Made by a program: the position numbers and the translations under genes
Part shown: positions 1 to 8,948 of the stretch, piece by piece
Position numbering within the stretch: the first letter of the stretch is position 1
How the letters are laid out: each line of letters opens with the position of its first letter
IMG/VR virus record: IMGVR_UViG_3300034410_000480
Span: 1 to 64,000 of that record
Reading direction: 5' to 3' (one strand)
DNA length: 64,000 nt
From: a virus
Lineage: Duplodnaviria; Caudoviricetes
Notes under the pieces: generated by a model
Told to the model about the DNA's origin: nothing
What the model saw: the letters and a program-made list of their open reading frames with translations, nothing else
Databases searched by the model: none

Positions 1-490
1 CTGTGTTGCCCGTTGTTGTTTGGCTAACTATTCGACTTCCATTTTCAAACTCTATTGAACCTTTGTTGTAACTAGTAACGCCTGCTCTAATATGATCAGG
101 ACAACTTTCATATACAAAACGTATACGTGACATAATTTCTTGTGCACCTGTGTATTTGTGTGCAGCAATAAGTACAGTTTGATCAGGAACAAACATAGCA
201 TACCAAGCCAAGTAAATACTAGCACAAGTAGTTTTGCCTGTTTGTCTTGGCATCATGTTTATGTTAAATCTATAGTTGTGGTAACTTGACATCAACCCAA
301 GTTGATATTCGTAAGGATCGTACAACAGCTTGCCTTGTACAGGATGCTGAATGTAAGCAAAGTTTTCAGCAAAATACAAGTACCCAGATACTGGGTCCAT
401 ACAGGCTTGTAAATCCTGTATTTGAGCTTCGGTAAATGTTTCTTTTTTATTCGCCTTTTTAATTAAGACGCCATCTAATGACTTTGACAT
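1..490 (-). CDS. terL: Terminase large subunit (T4 gp17-like), N-terminal part; runs off the left edge
   Basis: Not in the ORF track. Manual translation from ATG at 490 gives MSKSLDGVLIKKANKKETF...YIQHPVQGKLLYDPYEYQ (adenine-binding Q motif)...MMPRQTGKTT (Walker A)...VLIAAHK...YNKGSIEFENGSRI, the gp17 ATPase signature. Confidence 0.95.
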   Translation of the reverse strand, partial: MSKSLDGVLIKKANKKETFTEAQIQDLQACMDPVSGYLYFAENFAYIQHPVQGKLLYDPYEYQLGLMSSYHNYRFNINMMPRQTGKTTCASIYLAWYAMFVPDQTVLIAAHKYTGAQEIMSRIRFVYESCPDHIRAGVTSYNKGSIEFENGSRIVSQTTTGNT

Positions 491-494
491 AGTG

Positions 495-502
495 TATTTA
501 CT
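495..502 (-). promoter_or_regulatory. Late promoter-like TAAATA box, leaderless terL transcript
   Basis: Minus strand reads AGTAAATA-CACT-ATG with no Shine-Dalgarno; resembles the T4 late promoter TATAAATA. Confidence 0.7.
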
Positions 503-530
503 CAAAAGAATAGCGCCATTAGGCGCTATT
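502..530 (-). terminator. Rho-independent terminator after the 547..1332 gene
   Basis: Perfect 9-bp stem AATAGCGCC-TAAT-GGCGCTATT (509-530) followed by CTTTT on the minus strand. Confidence 0.8.
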
Positions 531-546
531 GAGTACTCTGGAGGGT

Positions 547-1332
547 TTAATCACATTTGCAAGAGCCTGGCTCGCCACGTTTTTTACCTGCAACTTTTGT
601 ACAGCCTTTCCAGCATTTTTTATAAATTTTGCTGTTGCCGTGACGCTCGCCTTCTGCTAGTTCAGCAAGTTCTTTCTTTTCGGAAGCAGTTAACATTTGA
701 TTTCCGCATTCGTTACATGTTCCTTCTTTCATTTCATTTAAAGCATCCCATAGTCTTGCTTTAATTGAATCTTCTAATGCCATTGGGTTGTCACCACCTG
801 CTGCTTTTTTGTAGGCTTTCTTTTCGCGATTTAACCCACCTGACAAGTCTTTTGTCATTGTTTGTGTATCTGCATATTCTTCATCTGGCTCGTTAGCATA
901 ATCGTCGTCTAATTTATGTGCTGTGTCTTTGCTCATTTTTACTGGGTGCATTTTTCCTGATCCTGGAGGAAATTCAAATTCACTTTTATGTGCTCTTGCT
1001 GCTGCCGCTGCTGCTTGATTGTATGCATTTTCGTCTACTTCTTCTTCGCCTACTTCTTCTTCAGCTCTGTTTACAATGCTAGAAAAGTTTTCCATATCTG
1101 TACGCATATCATTTGTGCCTTTTAGTGGCATTGGAGGCATCTCTGGCATATCGTCTGGGCCTACTGTATGCGCATGATCTGCACCTGCTGCACCTTTGAC
1201 AATATCTAATAGTCTTCCAACTTCATCTGCGCTATCCGCATTCATTGAAATATTCATAGAAGCCATTTCTTTAATTTCTTTTTTTCCTGAATCAATAGTA
1301 TCAATTGATTCTAATAATTTTTTCATGTCCAT
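547..1332 (-). CDS. Acidic probable prohead core / internal head protein with Cys-containing C-terminal motif
   Basis: E/D-rich 261 aa with several (I/L/V)-x-E sites (LLES, IKEM, VDEN, LNEM, LAEG) resembling T4 gp21 protease sites; ends CWKGC...GKKRGEPGSCKCD. Confidence 0.5.
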   Translation of the reverse strand: MDMKKLLESIDTIDSGKKEIKEMASMNISMNADSADEVGRLLDIVKGAAGADHAHTVGPDDMPEMPPMPLKGTNDMRTDMENFSSIVNRAEEEVGEEEVDENAYNQAAAAAARAHKSEFEFPPGSGKMHPVKMSKDTAHKLDDDYANEPDEEYADTQTMTKDLSGGLNREKKAYKKAAGGDNPMALEDSIKARLWDALNEMKEGTCNECGNQMLTASEKKELAELAEGERHGNSKIYKKCWKGCTKVAGKKRGEPGSCKCD

Positions 1333-1334
1333 AG

Positions 1335-1892
1335 TTAGCTCCCTACAACACTTTTAGTGTTTTCTGTTTCAGTGATATCTGCTGATTCACCTGCTGCTAC
1401 GCCGTCTATTGGACTATGTTCGTTGTCTTTGCGAGCAGTTTCTAATTCTTTTAATAGATCCATTACACGATTGCCGCCAACTGATTCTTGTGCGCTTTCG
1501 CCGCCCATATCGTCTTTGCCTAGCATTGCTTCGTATGGTGTATCTTCTTTCTTTTCCTGATATTCTTCAGCCATATCATTAGGATTACGTACAATAATGT
1601 GTGTTTGAGGACAACCACAACATTTGCCGATATATTCCTGCATAACTTGAGATGTAGTTGGATAGTTTACTTCCGCTTCAAAATATGTAACTTCCATATT
1701 TTCTAGTTGTGGAAAATCTAACGGACGCTCTTGTATAGGTGTCTTTTTACCTGTAGACAAGTTTGATAAATTATATTTTTCTAAACATGTTTCTAACATA
1801 TCTACAAAATTTTCAGGTAAGTCACCTGCTACTCCTATCTTAAATGGATAGGTTTTTTTAGATTCTGTTAAAAATTCAGTAAACGATTTCAT
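1335..1892 (-). CDS. Hypothetical virion protein with capsid-targeting-sequence-like N-terminus
   Basis: 185-aa ORF with SD (AGGA) and late box upstream; starts MKSFTEFLTES, similar to the T4 internal-protein targeting peptide MKT(Y/F)xEF. Confidence 0.55.
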   Translation of the reverse strand: MKSFTEFLTESKKTYPFKIGVAGDLPENFVDMLETCLEKYNLSNLSTGKKTPIQERPLDFPQLENMEVTYFEAEVNYPTTSQVMQEYIGKCCGCPQTHIIVRNPNDMAEEYQEKKEDTPYEAMLGKDDMGGESAQESVGGNRVMDLLKELETARKDNEHSPIDGVAAGESADITETENTKSVVGS

Positions 1893-1915
1893 TGTTCAAT
1901 TCCTAATGCTATATG

Positions 1916-2413
1916 TTATTTATCTTTATCTATGCCTTTGATACGTTCTAAGAGACTGTTTCTATCTGTAACAACGTAGCCTTCGCCGGGTACAAAATCT
2001 CCGTCTCCAGGTCCTGTATCTCTATCCAGTTTTTCTTTTTTAAGTTGCAATTCGATCATCTTTAATTTTTTGTCTAATTTTGCAGTTTTAGCATCAAGAC
2101 TTGTTTTAAGCATTGTGCCAGCAACTTCAAATACTCTACCGCTATACCGCGATTCTACATTCATACCAAGATCCATTAAATCGTCGTATGCTTGCATTGC
2201 TTTATCAGCAACTTCATTTAGCTCTTTATCTGCTGCATTTCCTAAACCTTTAACACTAGGCAAAGCACTTGCAATTTTATCAAACTCAGAAATATCACGC
2301 AACGTGTCTTCTTGATCTACTACTGCTCTAGATGCCTTGTCTTCGTTTTTAGACTCTTCGATAATTTCTTTAGAGTCAGGCAAATTCAATAATTCTTCTA
2401 ATTTTTTGGTCAT
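1916..2413 (-). CDS. Putative terminase small subunit (T4 gp16-like)
   Basis: Helical 165-aa protein; ESRYSGRVFEVAGTMLK...MIELQLKK resembles the gp16 core SPRAYEV..L.K...L.LQK; close to terL. Confidence 0.55.
   Translation of the reverse strand: MTKKLEELLNLPDSKEIIEESKNEDKASRAVVDQEDTLRDISEFDKIASALPSVKGLGNAADKELNEVADKAMQAYDDLMDLGMNVESRYSGRVFEVAGTMLKTSLDAKTAKLDKKLKMIELQLKKEKLDRDTGPGDGDFVPGEGYVVTDRNSLLERIKGIDKDK
1917..1924 (-). promoter_or_regulatory. Late promoter-like GATAAATA overlapping the upstream stop codon
   Basis: Plus-strand tatttatc; lies upstream of the SD and ATG at 1892. Confidence 0.7.
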
Positions 2414-2439
2414 ATTAACTTTCCATTATATGCTACTAT

Positions 2440-2447
2440 TATTTATC
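2440..2447 (-). promoter_or_regulatory. Late promoter-like GATAAATA overlapping the gp4 stop codon
   Basis: Plus-strand tatttatc contains the TAA at 2443-2445. Confidence 0.7.
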
Positions 2448-2880
2448 TACGTTTGCCTTGATGGAATATATCAGCTTCTGTTACTACCCTAAACAACATG
2501 CCTTTTTGTTTACAATATGCTCTTGCTGCTTCCCATTTAGCTTGATTTAAAATATAACTTGCTTGATTTGCTCTGCTACGACCTGTTTTTTCTTTTATAG
2601 CCTGATTAGCAGGCTTTACTTCGATAAGTTCAACCTTTTGTCGTCCACGCTTATCTGCATATACAATAAAAAAGTCAGGCACATATATCGTATGTTTGCC
2701 TGTTAACGGATTTCTATATGGAATTTTTATTGCTTCACTTGCCCATTGACTTACGCTAGGATGCTCGTCACAAAAACGCATAAACGCAAACTCCCAGCTT
2801 GATCTGTAAGTTGGAGTTCTACCACCTATATACTTGGCAGGGTTTTTGAGGTTAAATTTTCCTTGTGCAAAACGTCCCAT
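2443..2880 (-). CDS. Head completion nuclease (T4 gp4-like, TnsA-type PD-(D/E)xK fold)
   Basis: YRSSWE..FM.FCD.HP.V..W.SE...IPY..P....YVPDF...LIEVKP...N.AKWEAA motifs. Confidence 0.9.
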   Translation of the reverse strand: MGRFAQGKFNLKNPAKYIGGRTPTYRSSWEFAFMRFCDEHPSVSQWASEAIKIPYRNPLTGKHTIYVPDFFIVYADKRGRQKVELIEVKPANQAIKEKTGRSRANQASYILNQAKWEAARAYCKQKGMLFRVVTEADIFHQGKRR

Positions 2881-3209
2881 TAGACTATGATATTTCTAGA
2901 CTCTGTGGTGTTAATTTTTTCTGTTGTTTTAACGCCAAGTTCACTAGTGCGTTGACCGTTTGCATTTATAGTTTCTAACACTACTTTACTTAGTAATGGC
3001 GCCTCTACTGAACCTAATGTATCTAACAATTCAAATACTTTGATATTGTCAATTTTTGCTTGTTTTAGTAGAACTGCACTAATACTTGCTGCTGATTGTT
3101 TTGAAAACCCACGCTTTTCAAAAAAAGCAATAGTAGCATCAACTTGATTACTTGGAAAAGATAATTGTTTTACAAAGTAATTGTCAAAATATTTCTTTTG
3201 ATCTTCCAT
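2880..3209 (-). CDS. Hypothetical protein, translationally coupled to gp4 (TAATG)
   Basis: 109-aa ORF with SD AGGAGAG; no recognisable motif. Confidence 0.7.
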   Translation of the reverse strand: MEDQKKYFDNYFVKQLSFPSNQVDATIAFFEKRGFSKQSAASISAVLLKQAKIDNIKVFELLDTLGSVEAPLLSKVVLETINANGQRTSELGVKTTEKINTTESRNIIV

Positions 3210-3217
3210 ATTCTCTC

Positions 3218-4456
3218 CTATGCAGTATTTAACGCTGTACTTGCTAATTTTAAGATTTTTGGATTATCTGCACGTATTTCATTATACATTTCATTTAAGT
3301 AATACTCTTTTGCAGTTGCAGTAAGAGATCTATAGTTAGTTTTACTAGTTGTAATGCTGTAGTATTTCTCTACTGTGCTGTTACGTAGAGTTGTATTTTG
3401 ATTTAGTTGACCTATAATATAATTATTATCATGTGTTCTAATATCTGTTTTCGATTGTACTGCACTTGTTGTTTCTATTGTATTTTGTGGTCCTGCAAAA
3501 AATACTCCGTTGATACCTATGTTATCTTTATTATTTTGCTGACTAAACAAAACAGATAAACCGTTAGGGCGGTGTCCTTCAAGTGATAAGTCTCTTGTGT
3601 TAGTATATGCATCTAAAGTTTCTTGTAATGGCTTTGAATAATTTGGGTTATGCTGTGTATACATAGTATCGCCAAATTTCTTTGATAGATTGTTAACCAT
3701 TGATCCAGGACCTTCGTTGCGAGTGTCGCTGTTGTTTCCTATAAAGCTCTTTTCTTGATCATAATGCTCCGGCGTTGCAAATCCTTTCGGAGCATTGCCT
3801 TCAACAATATCACCTGTTTCATATTTTACAGTTTCGTACTGTAGTTGCATTGTGCTTTCTAACACTTCACTTGCTGCACTTGCATCTACGCTATCGTGTT
3901 GCCATCCAGTAATTTTAGGCAATATTAAATGTGTAGTATGATGTGTATGTCTTGCCATTTCACTAATACTGATTCTAGTAAAAAATGGTTCATCACTACC
4001 GTTATCTAAACCATACTTTTTAGGACCTAATGGTTGATAAACATTGTTAGTTGGATATAAACTTTGTGAATCAGCAAAGTAGTAGTCATAATATGCTTGC
4101 CAAAGTCTTGTGGTTATACCTTCATTGTCGTCATGAAATCTTATGATTACAGGTGAATAATCTAATCTAGTGTGTACAACTTTTTTTCTGTTATACTGCT
4201 GTTTTGTTTCTGTTTCGATATCAAACTTTGGCAAATCTGCATACTTAGCAAGTAAACTTATTTCATTACCATGCTTTTCTACAAATCCACCTGCAACTTG
4301 ACTGTTAATAGTAAAACTTACATGGTAGAGAAACTTATGCTTAGGAGCAAGTCTATAAAAGTTGTCTACAAATGTGTGACTACTATGCCAATAGTCAGCA
4401 AGCGTAACTTCGCTTTGATTATTGGTTGATCCATATTTTGTTGCTTTGTTTGCCAT
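3218..4456 (-). CDS. Tail-tube-fold baseplate / tube initiator protein (gp48/gp54-like)
   Basis: ADLPKFDIETETKQQYNRKKVV...YSPVIIRFHDD...MQLQYE is a tube-fold pattern; adjacent to the tail tube gene. Confidence 0.6.
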   Translation of the reverse strand: MANKATKYGSTNNQSEVTLADYWHSSHTFVDNFYRLAPKHKFLYHVSFTINSQVAGGFVEKHGNEISLLAKYADLPKFDIETETKQQYNRKKVVHTRLDYSPVIIRFHDDNEGITTRLWQAYYDYYFADSQSLYPTNNVYQPLGPKKYGLDNGSDEPFFTRISISEMARHTHHTTHLILPKITGWQHDSVDASAASEVLESTMQLQYETVKYETGDIVEGNAPKGFATPEHYDQEKSFIGNNSDTRNEGPGSMVNNLSKKFGDTMYTQHNPNYSKPLQETLDAYTNTRDLSLEGHRPNGLSVLFSQQNNKDNIGINGVFFAGPQNTIETTSAVQSKTDIRTHDNNYIIGQLNQNTTLRNSTVEKYYSITTSKTNYRSLTATAKEYYLNEMYNEIRADNPKILKLASTALNTA

Positions 4457-4461
4457 ACTAA

Positions 4462-4469
4462 TATTTATC
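4462..4469 (-). promoter_or_regulatory. Late promoter-like GATAAATA, leaderless transcript
   Basis: Minus strand reads GATAAATA-TTAGT-ATG, with no room for an SD. Confidence 0.7.
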
Positions 4470-4490
4470 TTAATTATTAAGTGGGTACAT

Positions 4491-4518
4491 AATAAAAAAG
4501 GAGCCCAAAGGCTCCTTT
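4491..4518 (-). terminator. Rho-independent terminator after the tail tube gene
   Basis: Stem AAAGGAGCC-TTTG-GGCTCCTTT (4497-4518) followed by TTTATT on the minus strand. Confidence 0.85.
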
Positions 4519-4540
4519 AATCATTAGTTGTGTTAGTTTA

Positions 4541-5170
4541 TTAAACTGTACCTGAACCTGTAGATAGTGTTCCGCCACCTGATGGAATACTTTCAGCTGA
4601 TATACCGCCGCCTACTGTTTGTACTGCATTATCATAGCGTATAGCTAGTGAAATTTGTACTGGATCGTTTGTTGAATATGCTAATGTATTGTAGTTAGCA
4701 TTTTGTACAAAACAACCGTATAATTCAAAGGTATCTAAAACGTTAACAGCAGTGTTACCGTTACCGCCGTCTAAGATCTCTATTTTTGTTGTAAATTTAT
4801 AATCAATACCTGATGGTGCGCTTGATTGTTCAAAGAAATCAAATTGCTTCTGAATCTGTTCACCTACAAGTTTTTGAACGTTGTTGTTTACATCTTCACG
4901 TAAGTTAAGCGTAATTGCTTCCCAAGCAGGCTTACCTGCTAGGTACACACGTGAGTTGTAAACCGGTAGTTCAATTTCTTCAAAGTTTACAGTTGGACGA
5001 GTAACATCAATTACCTGCTTTGTTAATTCAGTAGTTGCTGATCCTAATCCAAAATTTGTAAGTGACACTCTAAAGCGGTACTGAAGTTTTGGCATCAACA
5101 AACCTTGCGTTTGATTGCCTGTTCCGCCGTCCAGTGGCACTGTAATTTTTGATAGTGTTGAAATTGCCAT
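4541..5170 (-). CDS. Tail tube protein (gp19-like)
   Basis: PKLQYRFRV...VTRP.V.FEEI...YLAGKP.W..ITL.LRED...LYGCF...Y..L.Y....V.ISL.IRYD; directly downstream of the sheath gene. Confidence 0.9.
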   Translation of the reverse strand: MAISTLSKITVPLDGGTGNQTQGLLMPKLQYRFRVSLTNFGLGSATTELTKQVIDVTRPTVNFEEIELPVYNSRVYLAGKPAWEAITLNLREDVNNNVQKLVGEQIQKQFDFFEQSSAPSGIDYKFTTKIEILDGGNGNTAVNVLDTFELYGCFVQNANYNTLAYSTNDPVQISLAIRYDNAVQTVGGGISAESIPSGGGTLSTGSGTV

Positions 5171-5190
5171 ATTTTACTCCTGTACACAAG

Positions 5191-5198
5191 TATTTATC
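5191..5198 (-). promoter_or_regulatory. Late promoter-like GATAAATA for the tail tube gene
   Basis: Box followed by SD AGGAG and ATG at 5170. Confidence 0.75.
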
Positions 5199-5202
5199 AT
5201 TT

Positions 5203-5229
5203 GTAGGGGATTACTAATTAACCCCCTAC
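5203..5229 (-). other. Intergenic GC-rich stem-loop between sheath and tube genes (no U-tract)
   Basis: GTAGGGG(5203-5209)...CCCCTAC(5223-5229) inverted repeat. Confidence 0.6.
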
Positions 5230-5238
5230 TTAATGATT

Positions 5239-8200
5239 TTAAAGACCTGCGATCTCTCCTGTATTTTTCAAGCGTAGTGGAATGTAAATAAATTCAACTG
5301 CCTTGACTGGTTCAATTGCAATGTCTAAGTATAGCTCATTACGATCAATTCTTGCTGGTGTGTTGTTTGTTTCATCACATACAACTAGATAATCGTTAAG
5401 TGCTCTTAAACCTGTAAGCTCTAACATTAAGCTCTCAGCTGCTTGTTTAATCTCATCACGTGTGATCTTATCGTTTGGTTCAAAGATATAAGGTTTTGCT
5501 AACTTGTTAAGCTGTCCTCTTAGATAAATTACAAGTCTTGCAACGTTGATTCTATCCAATGCACTTGCATTTGCTGCTCTAGTTTTCTGACCAAAGTTAA
5601 CAAGTCCTGCACCTGTAATAAATGTAACTGGGTTAACTTTATTACTGTATAGTGTGTCTCTTTGACCTTCGTTTAGCGCCACTGCAACAAATTCACCTTC
5701 GTTACTAATGTAACCTGTTGATGTTGCGTTTGAAATGCCGCCACGTCTTGTACCTGCTGGTGCAAACCATGGATAAGCAACTTGGTCACTTAGTGCAAAT
5801 GTGCGTAGCATCATATGACTTGCTGGAACAACAACATTGTTACCAAAGTTATCACTGCTAAATCCGCTTGGGTAGAACACAGCCATGTACTCATCACTGC
5901 TTACTAGTCCGTCATCATTGTCTTCAACTGCTGCTGCAACGTTTGTTGCCCAGTTGTTTAATGAAGTTGCATCAGGTGTTAAACGCATTGGGCTGTCACC
6001 TAGTACAAATGCTGTTAAGCCTCTGTCAAAGTTTAGACCAATCATTTCACCGATTAGCTCTGGATATCCTGGTGTTGCCATTAAGTTAAACAGTCTTGAT
6101 TCATCATCTCTAATTTCATCATTTCCGTTTACCATTGCTTGTAACGCTTGTACAACAACTTTACGCTGTGCATGACGCCCGAAGCTACCGGCTCCATCAG
6201 CTTGGTTACCTGACTCAGTTACCCAACGATGCTCATAATAATTAGTCATTACTGCATCATTCATACGTGGGTTTGTTTCAGTTGTATCAATTGCATTGCG
6301 TACAAACTTCTTAACGTTAAAGCCACTTCTACGTGTGTTCCACATAACCATGCCTTTTGGATATAGTGCAGGATCTGGAGCATCTGGATCTAAGTAATCG
6401 CTTGTTAGCATTGCATCCATTGCGCCTGCTACACTGTTTGAACCTGCTGTTGACCAACGAGCATCTGCAAATAGTACACCGTTTTCAGTAGTTTGATCTG
6501 CTGTGTCTAGTGCTACCCACTGATCTGTTGCCCATCTGTAAATTTTTGGATAGTTTTCTAAATCAGCAGTGCTAATCCAGATATCATTATCAACCAATGG
6601 ACTTTTACCAGCATCATTTTGTGTTAATGGTTCACTTGCTGCAACAATTGGTCCTGTTGCATTAGTATTTGCATACACATTATGATAACCTTTCCATGTA
6701 GTACCATCGTGTGCCATCATGTCTACTTCGTCTACAATTGAATTGTACCATAGTGTGCCATCTGCTGTAAGTGCTTTTGGTGCTGTAGCTGACGCAGTAT
6801 ATGTTAGTACCTTCCAATTCGAAGCAATAAAGTATACAGTTGATCCATCATCAAAGTTATCATACAAGTTATCAGTTGTACCTGGTACAAAACCTGCTGA
6901 CTGTAGGATATTATCATGATCTCTAAAGCGTATTTCGCCACCTAATGCGTGTGTAATAACAACTCTGTTTTGCGAATCAACACTTGCAGTTACGTTAGTT
7001 AGTCCAGCACCGTTGATTCCTGATGCAAGTGTTTCTGCATCTGTTGCGTCATTTGCAAAAGGAACAGCAAAAGTAACTTCAGACCATGCTGTTAAACCAG
7101 CTTGCCCTTTTACACTTTCTTGTATTTCAAAGCGTCCTGCTGATGCTGGAATACTTGCACTAATAACATTACCTGTTACTGTTGTAGCACCTGCTGCAAC
7201 TCTTGCCATGATTTTAAAGTTTGCTTCAGTTTGTGCAACTTCACCTACATTATACTGTACATATGTTGTACCTGCTGCTAGGTTAGCACCGCCACCTGCT
7301 TTGTCCATATTAAACAATGCTGAGTGGTTATCTGCATATAATGGTGCAGCTGAATCTGCCCATAGTTGTGTAGTTGCATTATACTTCTTGACTGCCCATT
7401 TTGCACCACTGTTTGGTTCAGTTGTTTTAACCCAAATTGATCCTGTTGGACGTGGTGTAGTATCAGCTGTTTTCCACTCTGGAACACTTGTATGTGGAGC
7501 AACATTTACTGCTGGTGCAGCGTGTGTTCCTACAAGTCCTAGTGTAGCAGCCGATGTGCCTGATGTATCTGCAATTGTTACAGCAGCGCCTGTAGAATAA
7601 ATTTCTAATACGCCGTTAACTGATGCAGCACTAATGCCATCAATTGACAAACCATTAATGTCAGTTGCTAGGCTTGTTGCCGTTGTGCCTGATGTTGTTA
7701 CAGGTACAGTATTAATTGTAAACGTATCACCTGCTGTATGTGCTGATGCTGTTGCTGTTACAGCAGCATGGCTATTTTGCCAATCATCTGTTCCAACTTC
7801 AACCCAAGTACCAGATGCATTTCTGTACCATAGTTTGTTAAGTGTGCTTACTGCAACAATAGCATAGTCGCCCACAGCACCAACTGATCCTTTTGGAGCG
7901 CCTGGTGCACTTGCTGAACCAGTAACTTTTGAAACTTCAGTAATTACAATTGGTGTTTTTACATTAAATGACTGGCCGCCTGTTGTTGCTTTAGGTGCAC
8001 CATTCCACTCAAAAATACCAAACTTAGTATTTGTAGTGTCAAACCACCATGTGCCGTCTGCCGGAGCTGCACCTGGTGCATTAGCACTTGCTTCTAGTTC
8101 GCCTAAATCTATATCTGCACGGACTACCCATGCTCTGTTTGCAACACCTAAGAATGAGTATGCTGCTTGTAATCCATATTCGTTCAGCTCGCCGCCGTGA

Positions 8201-8451
8201 ATTGGATTATTACCTGTATCGGTATAAAATAGTGGATCTCCAAAGGTATCTGCAAGATCTCTCTGGCTTGTAATTAAATAAGCCTTTCCAGAATTTGCTT
8301 TTAAAGTACCTTGCGCAACACCAGTGCCACCTGCATTGGTTTTATTTTGCTTGGATGCCACGAAAATCATTGGTACGGTGCCCGGTTCTGCTGGTGTATA
8401 GAACGATTCGTCTATTACCTTAACCTCTACACCTGGTGATGTTAATGCCAT
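5239..8451 (-). CDS. Contractile tail sheath protein (gp18-like) with large internal insertion
   Basis: N-terminus MALTSPGVEVKVIDES; C-terminus PWFAPAGTRRG, RDTLYSNKVNP, FGQKT, ALDRINVARL, FEPND, VVCDETNNTP, IEPVKAVEFIYI. Confidence 0.97.
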   Translation of the reverse strand: MALTSPGVEVKVIDESFYTPAEPGTVPMIFVASKQNKTNAGGTGVAQGTLKANSGKAYLITSQRDLADTFGDPLFYTDTGNNPIHGGELNEYGLQAAYSFLGVANRAWVVRADIDLGELEASANAPGAAPADGTWWFDTTNTKFGIFEWNGAPKATTGGQSFNVKTPIVITEVSKVTGSASAPGAPKGSVGAVGDYAIVAVSTLNKLWYRNASGTWVEVGTDDWQNSHAAVTATASAHTAGDTFTINTVPVTTSGTTATSLATDINGLSIDGISAASVNGVLEIYSTGAAVTIADTSGTSAATLGLVGTHAAPAVNVAPHTSVPEWKTADTTPRPTGSIWVKTTEPNSGAKWAVKKYNATTQLWADSAAPLYADNHSALFNMDKAGGGANLAAGTTYVQYNVGEVAQTEANFKIMARVAAGATTVTGNVISASIPASAGRFEIQESVKGQAGLTAWSEVTFAVPFANDATDAETLASGINGAGLTNVTASVDSQNRVVITHALGGEIRFRDHDNILQSAGFVPGTTDNLYDNFDDGSTVYFIASNWKVLTYTASATAPKALTADGTLWYNSIVDEVDMMAHDGTTWKGYHNVYANTNATGPIVAASEPLTQNDAGKSPLVDNDIWISTADLENYPKIYRWATDQWVALDTADQTTENGVLFADARWSTAGSNSVAGAMDAMLTSDYLDPDAPDPALYPKGMVMWNTRRSGFNVKKFVRNAIDTTETNPRMNDAVMTNYYEHRWVTESGNQADGAGSFGRHAQRKVVVQALQAMVNGNDEIRDDESRLFNLMATPGYPELIGEMIGLNFDRGLTAFVLGDSPMRLTPDATSLNNWATNVAAAVEDNDDGLVSSDEYMAVFYPSGFSSDNFGNNVVVPASHMMLRTFALSDQVAYPWFAPAGTRRGGISNATSTGYISNEGEFVAVALNEGQRDTLYSNKVNPVTFITGAGLVNFGQKTRAANASALDRINVARLVIYLRGQLNKLAKPYIFEPNDKITRDEIKQAAESLMLELTGLRALNDYLVVCDETNNTPARIDRNELYLDIAIEPVKAVEFIYIPLRLKNTGEIAGL

Positions 8452-8486
8452 TGCGTTATCTCCTTGAAAGTAAACTTTGCTAAATG

Positions 8487-8494
8487 TATTTAGC
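8487..8494 (-). promoter_or_regulatory. Late promoter-like GCTAAATA for the sheath gene
   Basis: Box upstream of SD AAGGAG and ATG at 8451. Confidence 0.7.
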
Positions 8495-8546
8495 CAAGTG
8501 CTGTTAAAATATACCTATTATACACTATAAAAAGGGGAGCAAAAGG

Positions 8547-8554
8547 TGTAAATA
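8547..8554 (+). promoter_or_regulatory. Late promoter-like TGTAAATA, leaderless transcript
   Basis: TAAATA-CTGT-ATG(8559). Confidence 0.65.
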
Positions 8555-8558
8555 CTGT

Positions 8559-8897
8559 ATGAGACCACTTTGTATATGCGGATTGCGACCTGCTGCTGTA
8601 AATTATAAAAAAGATAATAAAACCTATTATAGGAAAAAGTGTGAAATTTGTAATAAGCACGGAGGAACCGGACATGGTATACCTAAATGGAAAATGCGTG
8701 GGTATACAAAAAAAGACACATGTGAGAAATGCGGCTTCGGTAGTAAAAATCCAGAACAGTTTAATGTCTATCATATAGATGGAAATTTAGATAATTGCAA
8801 GTATAACAATCTAAAAACAATTTGTGCTAACTGTCAACGTGTTTTACAAAAAGAAGGAATTAAATGGAAACAAGGCGACTTAATAGCAGATTTTTAG
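8559..8897 (+). CDS. Zn-finger HNH-like protein (degenerate)
   Basis: CxC, CxxC, CEKC...YHIDGNLDN...NNL..ICANCQ: HNH scaffold with four Cys pairs. Confidence 0.75.
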   Translation: MRPLCICGLRPAAVNYKKDNKTYYRKKCEICNKHGGTGHGIPKWKMRGYTKKDTCEKCGFGSKNPEQFNVYHIDGNLDNCKYNNLKTICANCQRVLQKEGIKWKQGDLIADF

Positions 8898-8898
8898 G

Positions 8899-8926
8899 TT
8901 GACTTTTTCTGTAGTTTTGCTATAAT
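8899..8926 (+). promoter_or_regulatory. Sigma70-type promoter (extended -10)
   Basis: TTGACT(8899)-16 nt-TATAAT(8921) with TGn just before the -10; SD AGGAG precedes ATG 8949. Confidence 0.8.
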
Positions 8927-8948
8927 ATAGAGAATTACAGGAGCCACT

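Noticed and set aside
2443-2880. TnsA-like nuclease as a Tn7 transposon
   Set aside because: Motifs and context match the gp4 head-completion protein; no tnsB/tnsC or transposon ends.
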